Source of the DNA: an uncultured Pseudomonadota bacterium
GTDB lineage: Bacteria; Pseudomonadota; Alphaproteobacteria; RF32; CAG-239
Length of the DNA: 64,000 nt
Assembly: GCA_902761535.1 (NCBI GenBank)
Contig: CACWKS010000008.1
Location: 9,022-73,021 of the forward strand
Reading direction: 5' to 3'
Below the pieces are notes generated by a model, which was given only the letters and a program-made list of their open reading frames with translations, was not told the origin of the DNA and did not search any database. This document shows positions 58,191-64,000 of the stretch, one piece after another; the stretch's first letter is position 1; each line of letters begins with the position of its first letter. The translations under genes were made by a program, and so were the position numbers.

Positions 58191-60116
58191 ATGGTTGCGA
58201 TAAAATTGCCTGATGGCAGTATAAAAGAAATGGAGCAGGGTGTTAGCGGAGCGGATATTGCTTCGGCTATCAGTCCTAATTTGGCTAAAGCTGCTTTAGC
58301 GATAGAAATTAACGGGGAATTAAAGGATTTGACTACCACTGTCACAACCGATTCTACAATTCGTATTATTACCGCCAAAGACAAAGAAGGTCTGCATATT
58401 TTGCGTCACACTTGTTCTCACGTAATGGCTCAGGCGGTCAAAGAGTTGTGGCCTGATGTACAAGTCACCATCGGACCGGCAATTGACAACGGATTTTATT
58501 ATGATTTTTCGCGTAAAGAACCGTTTACTACCGAAGATTTTGCCAAGATTGAAGCCAGAATGCACGAGATTGTCAAACGTGATGAAAAGCTCGAACGCAT
58601 TATTATGCCGCGCGATGAGGCTATAAAGTTTTTTGAAAATTTGGGTGAAAAATACAAGGCTGAAATTATCCGCGATTTACCTGAGAGCGAAACAATCAGT
58701 TTGTATCGCCAAGGCTCATTTACCGACTTGTGCCGCGGACCTCACGTTCCTTCAACCGGCAAAATCGGCGATGCATTCAAATTGATGAAGGTTGCCGGAG
58801 CTTATTGGCGCGGCGATTCGTCCAAAGAAATGTTGCAACGTATTTATGCCACGGCTTGGGCTGATAAAAAAGATTTACAAGCTTATTTGGATATGTTGGA
58901 AGAGGCCGCCAAGCGCGATCACCGCAAATTGGGACGCGAAATGGACTTGTTCCATTTTGAGCCGGAATATGCCCCCGGTGCAGTCTTTTGGCACGATAAG
59001 GGTTACAAGGTTTACCGTCGCCTGATTGAATATATGCGCAATCGTCAAGAGCATAACGGCTATATCGAGGTTTCAACCCCTCGTGTTATGGATCGTGTTT
59101 TGTGGGAAACTTCCGGCCACTGGGAAAAATACGGTGCTCACAACTATTCCGGTCAGACCGAGGACGGCAAATGGTTTTGCATTAAGCCGATGAACTGCCC
59201 CGGCGGTTTGTTGGTTTATAAACAAGGCATCCGCTCATATCGCGACTTGCCATTGCGCATGGCCGAGTTTGGCAAAGTTAATCGTTACGAGGCTTCCGGC
59301 TCGTTGATGGGGTTAATGCGTGTTCGTGAATTTACCCAAGATGATGCCCATATTTTCTGCACTCCCGAACAGATGGAAGAAGAATGCATCACCACCTTAA
59401 AGTTGATTTTGGATATTTACAAAGATTTCGGCTTTAACGAAGTTAAAATTTATCTTTCCACTCGTCCGGAAAAGCGTATCGGTTCGGACGAAATATGGGA
59501 TTTGTGCGAAAAATCTTTGGCCAATGCCTTGACCACTCACGGCTATGCTTTTGAGATTAACGAAGGCGAGGGTGCTTTCTATGGTCCTAAATTGGAATTT
59601 ATCTTAAAAGATGCCATCGGTCGCGAATGGCAATGCGGCACGATTCAGGTTGATATGAACTTACCTTCACGTTTTGACATCAGTTATATCGGTGAAGACG
59701 GCGAAAAACATCAACCGGTTATGTTGCATCGTGCTTTGTTCGGTTCAATTGAGCGATTCTTAGGTATATTGATTGAAAATCACGCCGGCAAATTGCCTCT
59801 GTGGTTATCTCCCGAACAAGTTGTGGTTTGCCCGATTGTCAGCGAGTTTGATGATTATGCCAAAGAAGTGGCTCAAGCCATGTGTAAGGCCGGTCTTAGT
59901 GCCGCCACCGATTTGTGTAACGAAAAGATTAACTACAAAGTTCGCGAACATTCGGTTGCCAAAATTCCGGTAATTGCCGTTGTTGGTGCCAAAGAGCGTG
60001 ACAATCGCACGGTTACCATCCGTCGCATCGGCTCTGACAAGCAAGAGGTTTTGCCTTTAGATGATTTGATAAAATCTCTTGTGTCTGAAGCTCAAATGCC
60101 TCATGCCGATGAGTAA
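58191..60116 (+). CDS. thrS: Threonine--tRNA ligase
   Basis: TGS domain, second additional domain (HILRHTCSHVMAQA), class II core and anticodon-binding domain. Confidence 0.95.
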   Translation: MVAIKLPDGSIKEMEQGVSGADIASAISPNLAKAALAIEINGELKDLTTTVTTDSTIRIITAKDKEGLHILRHTCSHVMAQAVKELWPDVQVTIGPAIDNGFYYDFSRKEPFTTEDFAKIEARMHEIVKRDEKLERIIMPRDEAIKFFENLGEKYKAEIIRDLPESETISLYRQGSFTDLCRGPHVPSTGKIGDAFKLMKVAGAYWRGDSSKEMLQRIYATAWADKKDLQAYLDMLEEAAKRDHRKLGREMDLFHFEPEYAPGAVFWHDKGYKVYRRLIEYMRNRQEHNGYIEVSTPRVMDRVLWETSGHWEKYGAHNYSGQTEDGKWFCIKPMNCPGGLLVYKQGIRSYRDLPLRMAEFGKVNRYEASGSLMGLMRVREFTQDDAHIFCTPEQMEEECITTLKLILDIYKDFGFNEVKIYLSTRPEKRIGSDEIWDLCEKSLANALTTHGYAFEINEGEGAFYGPKLEFILKDAIGREWQCGTIQVDMNLPSRFDISYIGEDGEKHQPVMLHRALFGSIERFLGILIENHAGKLPLWLSPEQVVVCPIVSEFDDYAKEVAQAMCKAGLSAATDLCNEKINYKVREHSVAKIPVIAVVGAKERDNRTVTIRRIGSDKQEVLPLDDLIKSLVSEAQMPHADE

Positions 60117-60131
60117 AACACCTTATGTGAG

Positions 60132-60167
60132 AAAAGAGGTTGCTTTTTTTAAGCAACCTCTTTTTTA
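60132..60167 (+). terminator. Rho-independent terminator after thrS
   Basis: AAAAGAGGTTGCTT-tttt-AAGCAACCTCTTTT followed by a T-run. Confidence 0.75.
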
Positions 60168-60230
60168 TTCCAAAATTCCGTTGACATCACTGCAAAAATG
60201 CAATATCTCATAAGCAACAATTTTCTATAA

Positions 60231-61532
<1,302 letters not shown>

Positions 61533-61553
61533 ATTTTATTGATTAATCTTAAG

Positions 61554-61589
61554 CACCCTCGATAGATACAGATTCGAGGGTGTTTTTTT
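61554..61589 (+). terminator. Rho-independent terminator after eno
   Basis: CACCCTCGA-N11-TCGAGGGTG followed by T7. Confidence 0.75.
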
Positions 61590-61795
61590 ATATTATCAGC
61601 AGTCATTAAAAATAACTTTCTTGTTAAAAAAAGCTTATTTTAGTGTGAAAAATGTGGTATAATAAGTATATAGTTTAGGAAAAACATACACTTATGGAGC
61701 AAGAGAATGGCAAAAGCTCGCTTAAATTATCAAAATTCTCAAGGTTATTGCCCAAACACCTCGAGTCTTTTGTGCCGTTTTCTGCTGATTTAAAA

Positions 61796-62260
61796 TGTCA
61801 CCGCTTGAGCGAGGAACGAGCGAGATTAGCGGTCTACGAATTTTAAAAATAATTCGAAGATGCCTAACTCCGAAATATAACCTGTCACCCCTGAGCAACT
61901 GAAAGTTGCGAATAAGGGGTCTTCGAATTTGTCCTTCCCATTGCAAGCAAGGGGATAAGAGGGGATAAAATACTTCCTTTTTTGCTTTATTTAAAAAAAT
62001 AATTCGAAGATGCCTAACTCCGTTCGCTATAGCTCACTTAAGGGCATGACATTAATATTTAACCTGTCACCCCTGAGCAACTGAAAGTTGCGAATAAGGG
62101 GTCTACGAATTTGTCCTTCCCCTTGCAAGCAAGGGGATAAGAGGGGATAAAATACTTCCTTATTTTTGCTTTATAAAGAAAATAATTCGAAGATGCCTGA
62201 CTTCGTTCGCTTTCGCTCACTACGGGCATGACATTATTGTTTTCAGGGTTTGGGATTTAT
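61796..62260. repeat. Mosaic direct repeats. Module 1 (AATAATTCGAAGATGCCT...) occurs 3 times here and once at 62554. Module 2 is ~100 bp with 2 near-identical copies and 1 diverged half-copy.
   Basis: Module 2 at 61879-61977 and 61061+1000 offset, that is 62061-62160 (near-identical), with a diverged half at 61796-61844. Module 1 at 61849, 61999 and 62182. Copy 2 carries an extra ~33-bp segment absent from copy 1. Confidence 0.8.
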
Positions 62261-62321
62261 GAGCCGCATTTTTGTAGGTTCGGACTTGCGAGCCATAATA
62301 AACTTTTTTGGGTTTGGGCAT

Positions 62322-62456
62322 AAGCAGATTTAAGATAAACAAAAATCAAACAACGCATGGAAACTTCCTTATTCGTTAACTGTTTGAGCAAACGCGTCAA
62401 GCGTTGGCGAGTTTTAACGAACATACGTGTTGTTTGATTTTTGCTTAAATCTGCTT
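62322..62456. repeat. 135-bp long imperfect palindrome (MITE-like element or structured RNA)
   Basis: Arms AAGCAGATTTAAG(ataaa)CAAAAATCAAACAAC and its complement at 62425-62456. Inner nested pairs TTCGTTAA/TTAACGAA and AACGC/GCGTT. Confidence 0.7.
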
Positions 62457-62460
62457 CGCT

Positions 62461-62725
62461 GGTTACTTTTGGTCATGCAAAAGTAACATAAATCACCGGT
62501 CCGACGCTTTTTGGTTACTTTTTGTTGCCAAAAAGTAACGTAAATATAAAAATAAAAAGAATTCGAAGATGCCTTACTCCACTCACTTCGTTCGTTACGG
62601 GCATGACATTATTGTTTTCAGGGTTTGCGAATATCCCAACAATTTTTGGTTACTTTTGTTGCCAAAAAGTAACGTAAATAAACCAGTCCGCGACTGTTTT
62701 GCCTTCAAAAAGTAACATAAAAAAT
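62461..62725. repeat. Family of GTTACTTTT...AAAAGTAAC hairpin repeats (4 copies), interleaved with another copy of module 1
   Basis: Hairpins at about 62461-62490, 62511-62543, 62646-62680 and a half copy at 62701-62720. The spacers between them are also related (CCGGTCCGACGCTTT versus CCAGTCCGCGACTGTTT). Confidence 0.75.
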
Positions 62726-62729
62726 CTGA

Positions 62730-63080
62730 TTATTTTTTCAGCGACAGCTCTTCCCAGGTTTTCAAACCCAGTTTGCCTAAATCATCAGGCATCTGATTGA
62801 CAATATTCATATCGGCAATATAAGCGTCTTTAATATTGTCTAACAAAGTTTCAACCACTATCACAACAGGGGCTTTGCGTAACTTATCCCGAACATCAGG
62901 ATTAATATAATCCAATACCACGGCCTGTTCTTCATTTCGTGCCAAAACCGCATGATCTTTGCCATCATAAATAACATAAGGGTGATGAGGCTTATTGCTT
63001 TTTGCACTTATATAAAAATACAGCTCACCTTCTTCACTTTCGGCTACAATATAATTACCTTCGGTCTGATAGTTTTGCAT
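62730..63080 (-). CDS. Hypothetical protein (116 aa)
   Basis: Clean ORF. No family recognised. Confidence 0.5.
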   Translation of the reverse strand: MQNYQTEGNYIVAESEEGELYFYISAKSNKPHHPYVIYDGKDHAVLARNEEQAVVLDYINPDVRDKLRKAPVVIVVETLLDNIKDAYIADMNIVNQMPDDLGKLGLKTWEELSLKK

Positions 63081-63150
63081 TATTTTTTGTCCATTTAGTT
63101 CAGCTTTTAGCTAAATTATACCATTTAGACAAAAATTGTCAACCCTAAAA

Positions 63151-63708
63151 TTACAAAAGATTTAAAAATGCATCAATAAAATCACCCCGCCTGTTCTGAT
63201 AATCCAAATAGTAGGCATGTTCCCACACATCGATACAAAACAACGCTTCAGCCCCGCTTATTGTCAGCGGACCATCGGCATTTGCAGTCTTAACAATTTC
63301 AATTTTTTTATCCTTTTGAACAACCCAACACCAACCGCTGCCGAACTGTGCCAAAGCTTTTTGCTTAAATTGTCGCTTAAATTCTTCCCAATCACCGAAA
63401 TTATCGCAAATTTCTTTTTTATACGCTTCTTTTTCCGATTCGCTCAAAGCCAAACTTCGCCAAAAAAACTGATGATTCCACATCTGTGCGGCATTGTTAT
63501 AAATTATCTCATCTTGCGGCAGATTATTAAAACTTTCCCGCACCACTTGTTCCAGAGACATATTTTCATAGCGTGTCCCCCTTGCAGCCTCGTTAAGTTT
63601 ATCGCAATAAGCTTTGTAATGCTTGTTATAATGAAAATCCATTGTTTCGGCTGAAATATAAGGTTCCCACGCTGTCATCGGTTTGGACAGTACCTTCATC
63701 ATAAACAT
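63151..63708 (-). CDS. sodB: Fe/Mn-family superoxide dismutase
   Basis: FHYNKH, AQMWNHQFFW and DVWEHAYYLDYQNRR. All four metal ligands are present. Confidence 0.85.
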   Translation of the reverse strand: MFMMKVLSKPMTAWEPYISAETMDFHYNKHYKAYCDKLNEAARGTRYENMSLEQVVRESFNNLPQDEIIYNNAAQMWNHQFFWRSLALSESEKEAYKKEICDNFGDWEEFKRQFKQKALAQFGSGWCWVVQKDKKIEIVKTANADGPLTISGAEALFCIDVWEHAYYLDYQNRRGDFIDAFLNLL

Positions 63709-63728
63709 TTTATTTCTCCTAAAATTTA

Positions 63729-64000
63729 TTATTTTGCTCCGTGCTTTTTGATATAAGCATTGGTTCCGACTTCATCAAGCAGCTTTTGTTCGTTGGCATT
63801 AAATTCTTTTTGTTTTTGTGCTTCTCTGGCCTCATCAATTATGTTATAAGTTTTTTCTTCCTTAAAAATATCCGCCATCTCATTGCGTAACTGTTCAATT
63901 TCGTTTTCCAATGCGGCAATAAACTGTTCCAAAGCACGTTTTTTTTTCAGATAATTTTCGGTATATTTTCCAAAATCACACAGCAAAGGATTCTGTGCGG
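63729..64000 (-). CDS. Hypothetical coiled-coil protein (5' end may lie beyond the window)
   Basis: The frame stays open to the window edge upstream of the track's TTG start. Heptad-like EQFIAALENEIEQLRNEM. Confidence 0.35.
   Translation of the reverse strand, partial: AQNPLLCDFGKYTENYLKKKRALEQFIAALENEIEQLRNEMADIFKEEKTYNIIDEAREAQKQKEFNANEQKLLDEVGTNAYIKKHGAK

Noticed and set aside
61722-61946. 74-aa minus-strand ORF in the track
   Set aside because: It lies entirely within the repeat modules downstream of eno. Its sequence is dictated by the palindromic repeats, it has no RBS, and a second near-identical repeat copy does not keep the frame.
62270-62300. tRNA-like GGTTCGGA.. string
   Set aside because: No acceptor or anticodon stems can be drawn around it, and there is no T-loop consensus (GGTTCGAATCC).
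61796-62725. Possible CRISPR array
   Set aside because: The repeats come from several different families and lengths, are irregularly spaced, are themselves mosaics sharing 'spacer' sequence, and no cas genes are present.

Overview
AT-rich bacterial chromosomal segment. About 75 protein genes, no rRNA or tRNA genes, and no CRISPR array. Gene content and local synteny (ihfA followed by a MerR gene, yajC-secD-secF, sufB-C-D-S plus a DUF59 gene, separate sodC and sodB) suggest a probably host-associated Alphaproteobacterium; that taxon call is inference only. The housekeeping backbone comprises rplU-rpmA-obg-rsfS, the suf operon, secDF, ihfA, tag, sdaA, map, argS, tyrS, thrS, eno, peptidoglycan recycling genes (ldcA, a Mur ligase, anmK), the aas/fadL lipid-scavenging pair, and a bat (VWA/BatD) operon. 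Between these lie visibly more AT-rich pockets encoding small secreted or membrane proteins. The strongest candidate for something new is at 17862-18806 (minus strand). There, a ~140-aa protein carries the ordered signature blocks of eukaryotic CD38/ADP-ribosyl cyclases. It is translationally coupled to an unannotated 50-aa TTG-start lipoprotein and sits downstream of a 3-TM protein. Other notable items:
- two tandem orphan VirB8/TrbF-like paralogues facing a TolC-like lipoprotein with an Ig-like tail
- a membrane-anchored Memo-AMMECR1 fusion
- a MazG-like gene spliced into the suf operon by overlap junctions
- a 1.1-kb gene-free nest of palindromic repeat families after eno
- a possible glycine-zipper bacteriocin/immunity pair next to a GH108 lysozyme stub
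- a Pmp-repeat autotransporter broken by a homopolymer frameshift
All family assignments come from motif recognition by eye. No searches, HMMs or statistics were run, and comparison sequences are recalled from memory.
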